A DNA stretch of 44,045 bases, from the IMG/VR virus record IMGVR_UViG_3300012012_002042, one strand, 5' to 3'. This DNA is from an uncultured virus (IMG/VR IMGVR_UViG_3300012012_002042) (taxonomy: Duplodnaviria; Heunggongvirae; Uroviricota; Caudoviricetes). Within the stretch, counting starts at the first letter, position 1. Every line of letters starts with the position of its first letter. Below the pieces are notes generated by a model. The model did no database searches and had not been told where the DNA came from. It worked only from the letters and a program-made list of their open reading frames with translations. This document shows positions 1 to 7,546 of this stretch, piece after piece. The position numbers were made by a program, and so were the translations under genes.

Positions 1-498
1 GGGAGACTCATCACGGACCCCACCGAGGCCTACAACAAGAAGATGGGTCTCGGACAATTCGCGAACAGTGAGATCACCGAGCTGGCCACCCCATTCATGG
101 TGAAGTTTCACATCATCGCCAACGCACAGGATGCGTTGACCTCCACCTTTACGGAGCGTGTGTATTTTGTGAGGGCACCGAAGTCGAACATGGGGCAGGC
201 CAATGTGCGGGCGGTCTGGCTCTGGGACAAATGGGAGAGGGTGAATCAGGGAAAGGAATTCGACGAATACCCGAAGTGCGCCGGCCGTGCTCGTGCCACA
301 TTCCTCGACGAGTCGGACTGGTTGCAGTTCTGGCGAGATGCGCAGCGGTGGCCTTGTTTTCCGCGTAATTGGAATGAGGCCTTCGCGCCGCCGGCCTTCA
401 CTTATTTCACGGATGTGGAGTTCGCGAAGATGAACTTCCCGCATGACTGCTTCGACTTTTTCCGTGGCATCAACCCTGAGGAAAATGTCGAAGCGTAA
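1..498 (+). CDS. Hypothetical protein, probably 5'-truncated by the window edge
   Basis: Frame is open from position 1 through ATG 43 to TAA 498, and overlaps the next start. Confidence 0.6.
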   Translation, partial: GRLITDPTEAYNKKMGLGQFANSEITELATPFMVKFHIIANAQDALTSTFTERVYFVRAPKSNMGQANVRAVWLWDKWERVNQGKEFDEYPKCAGRARATFLDESDWLQFWRDAQRWPCFPRNWNEAFAPPAFTYFTDVEFAKMNFPHDCFDFFRGINPEENVEA

Positions 499-805
499 TT
501 ACACAGAAGTCCAGGTCGCTGTTCTCAATTACGAGGATGGCGCGGAAAGCAGGGAACTCGTCACGAGCGTGGAGTCCCTGGGAGAATTGATCGAGCAGGC
601 GTTGAAGGTCTGCCGGGAATTCGAGACATTCGCCTTACGAGCGGAAACTGAGATTCAATCGCCACGGCTGAAGTTGCTCTTTCACGAGATCAATCAGATG
701 CGTGAGGACTTCCGCAAAGCCGGGGTGCTGGTGGATATTGGGGACGAGGAAGATGAAGGGGATGGGGAGGAGAAGACAGACGAGGTCGGAGAAAACGAAC
801 AATAA
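485..805 (+). CDS. Hypothetical protein with acidic C-terminus
   Basis: ATG 485 overlaps the end of the upstream gene; ends DEEDEGDGEEKTDEVGENEQ. Confidence 0.6.
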   Translation: MSKRNYTEVQVAVLNYEDGAESRELVTSVESLGELIEQALKVCREFETFALRAETEIQSPRLKLLFHEINQMREDFRKAGVLVDIGDEEDEGDGEEKTDEVGENEQ

Positions 806-812
806 CATTTCA

Positions 813-1466
813 ATGAACAAAGACGACGAAAGGGTGCTCTGCGTACCCACGGCAGATGTGGTGGAGATTATCGGAGAAAGGACGGGACTGATCGATCATC
901 CCGAGTTGCAAGAGAAGCTGGCTGATTTGGTGGTCCAGTCCTGTGCAACGAAGAAATTCGTGCGGCGCGGTGATTGTGAGAGGGATGAGAGCCTGCTGCA
1001 AATCATTCCATACGTGATTTACTGGCTGCGCGATTCCGGTGAGTTCCTGTCGTTCACGCGCGGATCCAAAATCCACGAGAACCGCCTGGCCAACAAGGTC
1101 AGCATCGGCATCGGCGGACACATGAACGAAGAGGATGGCGGGAATTATTTCGAGGCTCTGAAACGTGAACAGCGGGAGGAAGTTTCAGTTCCGCAGGAAC
1201 TCCTCGATACACAGTATCGCGTGAGCGGCTATCTGAGGCTCACCAATACTCCCGTGGATCGTGTCCATTTCGGCGTGGTGCATCTGGTGACAGTGCCGAG
1301 GGAAGCGCGTGAGAAGTTCCTGGTGCCTCCGTATGAGTCGGAAAATCTCACAGATTTGCAGTGGAGGACTGCGGAACAATTGCGCGCACTTTATTTGGTT
1401 GGGCGCCTTGAACCGTGGTCGGTGCAGTCGTTGAAAATGTTTCTCAGCATCGGACACGAGCAATGA
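813..1466 (+). CDS. NUDIX-family phosphoesterase (predicted)
   Basis: Motifs RGDCERDESLLQIIPY, R..KIHENRL..KVSIGIGGH, ALKREQREE, VDRVHFGVV and LEPWS match the predicted NUDIX phosphoesterase family. Confidence 0.8.
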   Translation: MNKDDERVLCVPTADVVEIIGERTGLIDHPELQEKLADLVVQSCATKKFVRRGDCERDESLLQIIPYVIYWLRDSGEFLSFTRGSKIHENRLANKVSIGIGGHMNEEDGGNYFEALKREQREEVSVPQELLDTQYRVSGYLRLTNTPVDRVHFGVVHLVTVPREAREKFLVPPYESENLTDLQWRTAEQLRALYLVGRLEPWSVQSLKMFLSIGHEQ

Positions 1467-3514
1467 TCGTGGAAAAAATGGGCGTGTCCTCAATGCGCGC
1501 CTTCATCGACAAGTGTGATCAGCAGTATTACAACGGCAGCTCGGATGTCCACGACAGTCTCTATGACCAGGTCAAGGCGCAGCTGAAAGCCTCCTGCCCG
1601 GATGACCCTCGCCTGACCCGCGTCGGCCCGCCGGTGATGGACTCCACACACGGTAAGATTCGACACTCGCATCCGATGGGATCGCTGGAGAACGTGCACA
1701 CGCCGGCGGAGTTCGACAAGTGGTGGGACAGCGTTCTGGCTTCCTACCCACACGCACGTGCGAATTGCAGTCAGAAGGCAGACGGCAGCAGCGTGTCCGT
1801 CAAATATGTGGACGGAGAATTGAAGCAGGGTCTGACGCGGGGCAATCACGAGATCGGAGACGACGTCACATCGAACATCGCCATGATCCCGAATGTGCCT
1901 CTGGTTGCCCATTTGGATGAGCGACCCTTCACCGGGTTCGTCCGTGGGGAAGTCGTGCTCACGACTGCGGCGTGGCTGAAGTTGGATCCGGATCAGACTT
2001 CGAATGCGCGCAATATGGGTAACGGAATGTTGATGAGGCATTCTGGTGAAGGCTGCGATCAGCTCTTCTTTGCTGCGTTCCGTATTTTCGACGCGGACGG
2101 AAATCCGATTGGAAAAACGGAGACCGAATCGCTTGCCCTGCTCAAGCGCATGGGATTCGCCACGGTGAGCGCTTTCGGGCCGATAGCGGAAGTTTCGGAC
2201 AGCGCGGCAGTGCTGGCTCAATACGAACTCTACGCGAACCCCGAATACAAATTCCGGGACAAGCTTCCATATGAGATCGACGGACTGGTGATCAAAGTGG
2301 ACCAGTATGACATCCAGGAGAAAATGGGGGAAGTGGGCAATTGTCCGAAGTCTCAGCGCGCATTCAAATTCCCACCCCGCGGCGCGCCTGGCGTTCTGTC
2401 GGATGTGAAGATGCAACTCGGACGATGCGGCGCCCTGACTCCCGTGGCCGTGTTCGACATCCCTGTGAAAGTGGGAGGTGTGTCGGTGTCCACCGCGACG
2501 CTGCACAACTTCAGCATCATCGCCGAGTTGGACATTGCCATTGGAGACACAGTGATGGTGAGTCGAATGGGAGACGTCATTCCAGGCGTGAGCGCGAAGG
2601 TGTCCAACGGCAAGGATCGCAAACTGATCATCAAGCCGAAGAAGTGTCCGTTCACTGGCGGTCAGGTCGGGCATTTGGAGAATGCGGACGGCACGAAGAG
2701 CAAGGTGTTGTTCTCGCTGAGCTCTGGTGATTGTCCAGCGGTGAAGATTGCACATCTGCGCAAATGGGTGGAGACGCTTGAGATCAAGGGGCTGGGGCCG
2801 GTGTATTTGGAGGCACTGTTTGAGACGATGGTGGATCCAGGACCGAAGTATGGTGTCATAGGCGGCGCGCCCGGTGTAATATCGCCAGCGGACCGCGCCG
2901 GAAGAATGCAACGACTGGTGGAGACGCCGGCCGATCTGTATCGGCTAAAGGTGGATTCGGAGTGCGACGCTATCAGCCCGAAGATCATGGAAAAGGTGGT
3001 TGCGAATATTCAGGCATCGAAAGAAATCGAATTGTCGAAATTCCTGGCGGCCCTCGGCGTGAATTCGCTGGGTCACGATCGCTCGATCAAAATCCGGCAG
3101 ACATTGCCTGGAGAGTTTGACCGGCTCGAGGATTGGTTCAGCGGGAAGTTGGAGAAGTATGCGAAGGAAGCGAAATTAACCGGCTTGATCCGAAAGATCG
3201 GACCCAGCCTCAAAGAACTCAAACCAGTCATGGCAGATCTGCTCAAAGCGGGCGTAAAAGTGAAAGAAGGAAAAGCGAAGGGTGCCGTTGTCGGTAATTG
3301 CTTCTGTCTCACCGGGGAATTCCAGCAGACGAAGGATTCCTACCACAGGGAGATTGAGGATGCGGGCATGTCATGGGCACCTCGGTTCACCAAACACGTG
3401 ACGCATGTGGTGTCGATGAATCCGCACTCGAATACGAAGAAGTGTCAGGAAGCTCGCAATCAGGGGTTGCCAATCATCGGGCTGGATGAACTGCAGAAGC
3501 TGCTCGGGAAATGA
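1463..3514 (+). CDS. ligA: NAD-dependent DNA ligase
   Basis: YYNG..D..YD domain Ia; HPMGSL; KADG adenylation motif; LTRGN; VRGEV; EIDGLVIK; AFKF; ATLHN; GDVIP; HhH (IKGLGP, ALGVNSLG); C-terminal BRCT (CLTG...K...A...G.PII). ATG overlaps the upstream TGA. Confidence 0.95.
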   Translation: MIVEKMGVSSMRAFIDKCDQQYYNGSSDVHDSLYDQVKAQLKASCPDDPRLTRVGPPVMDSTHGKIRHSHPMGSLENVHTPAEFDKWWDSVLASYPHARANCSQKADGSSVSVKYVDGELKQGLTRGNHEIGDDVTSNIAMIPNVPLVAHLDERPFTGFVRGEVVLTTAAWLKLDPDQTSNARNMGNGMLMRHSGEGCDQLFFAAFRIFDADGNPIGKTETESLALLKRMGFATVSAFGPIAEVSDSAAVLAQYELYANPEYKFRDKLPYEIDGLVIKVDQYDIQEKMGEVGNCPKSQRAFKFPPRGAPGVLSDVKMQLGRCGALTPVAVFDIPVKVGGVSVSTATLHNFSIIAELDIAIGDTVMVSRMGDVIPGVSAKVSNGKDRKLIIKPKKCPFTGGQVGHLENADGTKSKVLFSLSSGDCPAVKIAHLRKWVETLEIKGLGPVYLEALFETMVDPGPKYGVIGGAPGVISPADRAGRMQRLVETPADLYRLKVDSECDAISPKIMEKVVANIQASKEIELSKFLAALGVNSLGHDRSIKIRQTLPGEFDRLEDWFSGKLEKYAKEAKLTGLIRKIGPSLKELKPVMADLLKAGVKVKEGKAKGAVVGNCFCLTGEFQQTKDSYHREIEDAGMSWAPRFTKHVTHVVSMNPHSNTKKCQEARNQGLPIIGLDELQKLLGK

Positions 3515-3801
3515 GGCGGCTCTGTCTGACTCGGCCGTTTAATCGAGTGGCGCTTGTTTTCGAAGTTGGACACCAAGTGATCGAATTGTTCGACACGCAA
3601 GGATCTGATCTCGGAAAAGCCATCGAACCGAAGCTTCGAATGGTCAATATGTGGCACGACCAACCATTGATCATGGCGCCTGAAATTGTGATTCCGGCGG
3701 TTGACGATGGTGACCTGATATCTCACGAGTGGGCGATTGCGTCTGATGTGGTGAAGGAACTGTGGCCTGTATTCCGGGAGCGTTTTCAAGGACAAGAATG
3801 A
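3511..3801 (+). CDS. Hypothetical protein
   Basis: ATGA overlaps with both neighbours. Confidence 0.6.
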   Translation: MRRLCLTRPFNRVALVFEVGHQVIELFDTQGSDLGKAIEPKLRMVNMWHDQPLIMAPEIVIPAVDDGDLISHEWAIASDVVKELWPVFRERFQGQE

Positions 3802-4166
3802 AGCGTCACGTATTCCAATTGGGCGCAGTGAGTGTCCTGTCGAAACGGCTGAGGAGTGAGGAAAGCGCATGGACCAGGAAGGGGCTGGAGGATCGCTATT
3901 CCGTCATCCTGGAATTGTCCCGAAAGTATTGGCTGATTCTCCGGGTGGAGCAAGTCCTCCAGCTGATTCTGGTGAGCAAGATCGCTGAGGAAAAGGGGAA
4001 ACCCTACCTGAGCTACCATGAGGATATTGGCAGCATGCCGGTGATGGCATTGCGTCAGTGTTCGGAGAGGATTCTGCAGCCTGACGTGCAGAAACTGTTC
4101 GGCATGACTCCGTGCGCGAAGATTCTGGAGAAATTCACACAAACATTCAAAGCATGGGAAAATTGA
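3798..4166 (+). CDS. Hypothetical protein
   Basis: ATGA-coupled start at 3798. Confidence 0.55.
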   Translation: MKRHVFQLGAVSVLSKRLRSEESAWTRKGLEDRYSVILELSRKYWLILRVEQVLQLILVSKIAEEKGKPYLSYHEDIGSMPVMALRQCSERILQPDVQKLFGMTPCAKILEKFTQTFKAWEN

Positions 4167-4960
4167 ACATTCCGGAGCGGCTGCAATATGCCTTCGATAA
4201 AGCCGATGGAGAAGGACGACTGCAATTGCGGTGTGCTTATGAGAATGCGAAACTGAGAGGGCAGGGAATATTCACATTCTCACTCCCCTCCGGCAAGACG
4301 TGCCCTGGGGCGCATCTGTGTCACTCATTCGTGCAACGGGATGCCAAGAACCCCGAGAAGGTGACAGTGATCGACGGCGGGTCGCAGGAGTTTCGCTGCT
4401 TCGAAGTTTCTACGGAGGCCCGATATTCGAAGACCGTGCTTTATCAGCGTGAGATCAACGAGGCCCTGCTGCGGTCGTGTGAAAATTCGACGGAACAGAT
4501 GGCGATCATGATTTATGAGGCGTTGCCGCCGATGTTGCGCACAATTCGAATTCACGTGGGCGGCGACTTTTTCAGCCAGGCCTATTTCGACGCCTGGCTG
4601 TCTGTGGCATTCGAGCTTCCGCGGGTGAAGTTCTATGCCTACACGAAATCGCTTCCGATGTGGGTAAACCGTTTGGGGAGTCTCCCGAGGAACCTGATGT
4701 TGAATGCCAGTCGTGGTGGAAAATGGGATCACATGATTGCTCTGCACAAATTGAAATCTGTGAGGGTGGTCAAACATCCGAACGAGGCGTTCATCGAGGG
4801 GTTGGAAATTGACCATGATGATTCTCACGCGCACACCGGGACGGAGTCGTTCGCGCTGCTGCTGCACGGGGTCGGGAAGAAGGGTTCGGAGCACAACCGG
4901 GCCATCCGGCGTTTGAAGAAGGAGAAAATCAAATTCAGCTATGGTCAGGAACAGTATTGA
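4154..4960 (+). CDS. Phage gp88-like protein (Cys-cluster, radical-SAM-like fold)
   Basis: FSLPSGKTCPGAHLC...C, IRIHVGGDFFSQAY, FYAYTKS and NLMLNAS are characteristic of the Gene product 88 family. Confidence 0.8.
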   Translation: MGKLNIPERLQYAFDKADGEGRLQLRCAYENAKLRGQGIFTFSLPSGKTCPGAHLCHSFVQRDAKNPEKVTVIDGGSQEFRCFEVSTEARYSKTVLYQREINEALLRSCENSTEQMAIMIYEALPPMLRTIRIHVGGDFFSQAYFDAWLSVAFELPRVKFYAYTKSLPMWVNRLGSLPRNLMLNASRGGKWDHMIALHKLKSVRVVKHPNEAFIEGLEIDHDDSHAHTGTESFALLLHGVGKKGSEHNRAIRRLKKEKIKFSYGQEQY

Positions 4961-5243
4961 GCATTTGAGACTCCGGTATCGGGTTCTCTCGGTTATTGCC
5001 AGAGCGCTGCGGTTTCTGATCGGTTTCCTCATACTGGCGTTTTTGTTCGGCACCCCTGTGATTCTGATGCTCGTTCCGCTTCCACTCAGGATGTCGGACA
5101 TCGATCACGCGCTCTACGTCTGGTTCATTTACATGGCAACGCTGACAGGAATTGAAGTGCTGAGAAGGCTTGCTGTTCACGCGGCATATGTGACACACTT
5201 GAAAATCGAAGAATATGAAGACGACGAAGACAGCGACACCTGA
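4941..5243 (+). CDS. Small membrane protein (2 predicted TM segments)
   Basis: Hydrophobic stretches FLIGFLILAFLFGTPVILMLVPL and ALYVWFIYMATLTGI. Confidence 0.55.
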   Translation: MVRNSIEHLRLRYRVLSVIARALRFLIGFLILAFLFGTPVILMLVPLPLRMSDIDHALYVWFIYMATLTGIEVLRRLAVHAAYVTHLKIEEYEDDEDSDT

Positions 5244-5529
5244 GACCACGGCGGCGGAATTGAAACTGGAGAAATGGAAACTGGAGATGCTGGCGTTTGA
5301 ACTTTATTGCTCCGGGCCGCAGCATGGTGATGGTGACGCTGCGGCCGCGGATTGGCGGAACACCACCGACGCGGACAGACAGGAGTGGCGTGACAAGGCA
5401 TTTGTGACACTCGAAGCATTGGAAGTATGTGGAATTCAGGTGCGCGTGAAGTCTGAGGCGAAATTGACGGTCGCATTTACGGAGTTGCGGACAATTCCGG
5501 CGACGGTGGCTTACGAATTGGGCGAGTGA
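5215..5529 (+). CDS. Hypothetical protein
   Basis: Last ORF of the co-oriented overlapping run. Confidence 0.55.
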   Translation: MKTTKTATPETTAAELKLEKWKLEMLAFELYCSGPQHGDGDAAAADWRNTTDADRQEWRDKAFVTLEALEVCGIQVRVKSEAKLTVAFTELRTIPATVAYELGE

Positions 5530-5562
5530 AATAGCGCGAGGTTTCGCGCTATATGAGTTTGA
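5526..5562 (+). promoter_or_regulatory. Putative phage promoter motif GTGAAATA-N11-CGCGS-TATATGAG-NN-TGA (copy 1)
   Basis: The same motif with identical spacing occurs at 12801-12837. Both copies are intergenic and upstream of GC-rich genes. There are 17 nt between TGAAAT and TATATG. Confidence 0.65.
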
Positions 5563-5751
5563 TGATTCTCCTTACGGGAAACTCATCAAAGGGGCTCTAA
5601 TTTTTTCATCCCCTTGTTGTGTAGAAGCTCGGCTTGTTTCAAGTCCGCACGATCCTGCTCTCTCATCCACCAAACACCTAAATCCCGTGGAAGGGGCAGT
5701 GCCTAACAAGAAAAAACCGCATGCCCCCGGCGGCCACGGGGGCAATGTCAT

Positions 5752-7428
5752 ATGATCAAGAAGTCGTTCCGCAGCATCTTGCCAAACCCAGTCAGCATTC
5801 TCCGCGCCGAAGGTCAGGCGCGGCCCCAGCAGCAGCAGAACCGTGACGGACTCTCCCAGTTCGTCCTCTGCAAGGACAAAACCGAGTTCATCAGGCAGCA
5901 GACCGGGCAGGTCTGTTCCTACAAGTTGAACAGTTTTGTCGGAGACATGATCCAGATCGCGCAAGTGATCGGGATCGCGAGGATCCACGGTGGTGAGGTC
6001 GCCACCTTCGCGCCGTTTGACTTCGCCATTCCGGGCGGGCAGATGGCGAAGGCGTCGGGCCGTGTCGGCACTCGCGAGCTGCAGGTCCCGTCCGAATACG
6101 GCGGCGACGGGCAGCTCATCATGGCGTTCTCCTTGATCAGGACGCACTGTGAGCCCCTGCTGATCGTGCCGCGCAGCATCGGGCTCAACGGTGCCCCGCT
6201 GATTGGCGGAGGTCATCCGCTGGTGAATGACATCTCGCGGATCTCGCCGGAATGGGTGGACACCGTCCCCCATGAATTCTACCTCACGGCGGACGACGAG
6301 CGGCGCACCCGTGTGCGCAAGGTCGAAATGCAACCGGCCTACGCGCTGGCGAACCTCAAGGGCATGTTCGACATGCCCGGGTTCGCCGTCGGCGAGTTCA
6401 CCGGGGCCGGAGGTACCAACCTCTCCATGAGCCCCGACCTGTTCAAGCGGGTCCGCGGCATGATGGAAAAGGACCTCTGCGAAATGGGGAACCTGGGGTG
6501 GCTCGAGGAGTATCTGACCATGGCCTCCAAGGCCATGGCGGGGTGCCCGCTCGCCGCCGGCGGGCACGCCACCGACTTCTTCCCCAGGACGGGACGATTC
6601 GGACCAGGGTGCCGCAACATCGGCATCCCCGCCGATATGGTGTCCGAAGCCACGGAGGAGACATTCGGACTCGCCTCGGCGGGCGACGAGGTGCCCGTCA
6701 CGGACACCCACACAGAGGTGACTGTCACGGACACCGTCACCTCCGCTCCGGCGGCGGTGAATCTCATCCCGGCGCGCGCGCCGGTGAGCAAAGGCGAACG
6801 TCGCCGCCTCCAAAAAGAGCTCGAGCGTAAGGCGAAAGCGGCGAAAGCCGCCTCCGCCTCCGTGCCCCAGGACCCAATGGCGATCCTGAGCTCCCTGGAT
6901 GGCACCGGCACCCCCGCGCCGTCCGAGACGGAACAGCCCGCCGCCCCGGTCGAGCCCACCCCGGTGGAAGTCACCCCGGTCGAGCCCACCCCGGTGGAAG
7001 AGCCCGCCCCGGTGGAGACGCCCGCCCCGGTGGAAGTCGCAGCCCCGGTGGAAGTCGCAGCCCCGGTGGAAATGCCTGCCGCCCCCACAATGAAGGCAGC
7101 AGGGGACATCCCCGCGGATGAGGTGGAAGTCGCAGCCCCGGTGGAAATGCCTGCCGCCCCCACAATGAAGGCAGCAGGGGACATCCCCGCGGATGAGGTC
7201 GAGGTACCAGTCGCGGCGGCGGTGGAGGAAGATGCTACCTTCACGGTGCGCCAGAAGGGTCACCGGCCCGGACCCAATGACATGGGTCGGTCCTTCGAAG
7301 AAGTCCAGGCGCTCTTTGACGCCGGGGACTTCGACGACATGGGCACCTTCGAGGTGATGGCGTCAAGCAATCCCGGCAAGTGGCTCCACCCGGCCATGCT
7401 GGGCTTCGAGGCCGGCGCCGTGAAGTAG
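5752..7428 (+). CDS. GC-rich hypothetical protein with Pro/Glu/Ala/Val low-complexity C-terminal half
   Basis: 558 aa ORF with strongly G/C-ending codons, PVE-type repeats, its own upstream leader and downstream hairpins. Confidence 0.75.
   Translation: MIKKSFRSILPNPVSILRAEGQARPQQQQNRDGLSQFVLCKDKTEFIRQQTGQVCSYKLNSFVGDMIQIAQVIGIARIHGGEVATFAPFDFAIPGGQMAKASGRVGTRELQVPSEYGGDGQLIMAFSLIRTHCEPLLIVPRSIGLNGAPLIGGGHPLVNDISRISPEWVDTVPHEFYLTADDERRTRVRKVEMQPAYALANLKGMFDMPGFAVGEFTGAGGTNLSMSPDLFKRVRGMMEKDLCEMGNLGWLEEYLTMASKAMAGCPLAAGGHATDFFPRTGRFGPGCRNIGIPADMVSEATEETFGLASAGDEVPVTDTHTEVTVTDTVTSAPAAVNLIPARAPVSKGERRRLQKELERKAKAAKAASASVPQDPMAILSSLDGTGTPAPSETEQPAAPVEPTPVEVTPVEPTPVEEPAPVETPAPVEVAAPVEVAAPVEMPAAPTMKAAGDIPADEVEVAAPVEMPAAPTMKAAGDIPADEVEVPVAAAVEEDATFTVRQKGHRPGPNDMGRSFEEVQALFDAGDFDDMGTFEVMASSNPGKWLHPAMLGFEAGAVK
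7048..7197 (+). repeat. Perfect 75-bp tandem duplication (VEVAAPVEMPAAPTMKAAGDIPADE x2), preceded by short CCGGTGGA repeats
   Basis: 7048-7122 is identical to 7123-7197 and in frame. Confidence 0.9.
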
Positions 7429-7481
7429 TCGCCGCCTGGTAGGCGAATCAAAAAGGTGAGGGGTTCGATCCCCCTCAAAAT

Positions 7482-7512
7482 GCACGGTCCAAACCCGTGC
7501 GCCTTTTTGTTT
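7482..7512 (+). terminator. Probable intrinsic terminator
   Basis: GCACGG-7nt-CCGTGC stem followed by GCCTTTTTGTTT. Confidence 0.55.
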
Positions 7513-7546
7513 ACCTTCGGCACATTTTCGATTACATTCACCCGCT

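Noticed and set aside
5572..7263. 563-aa minus-strand ORF, and other long antisense ORFs such as 1490-2911
   Set aside because: Shadow ORFs of GC-rich + strand genes with no recognisable motifs, against the uniform + strand orientation.
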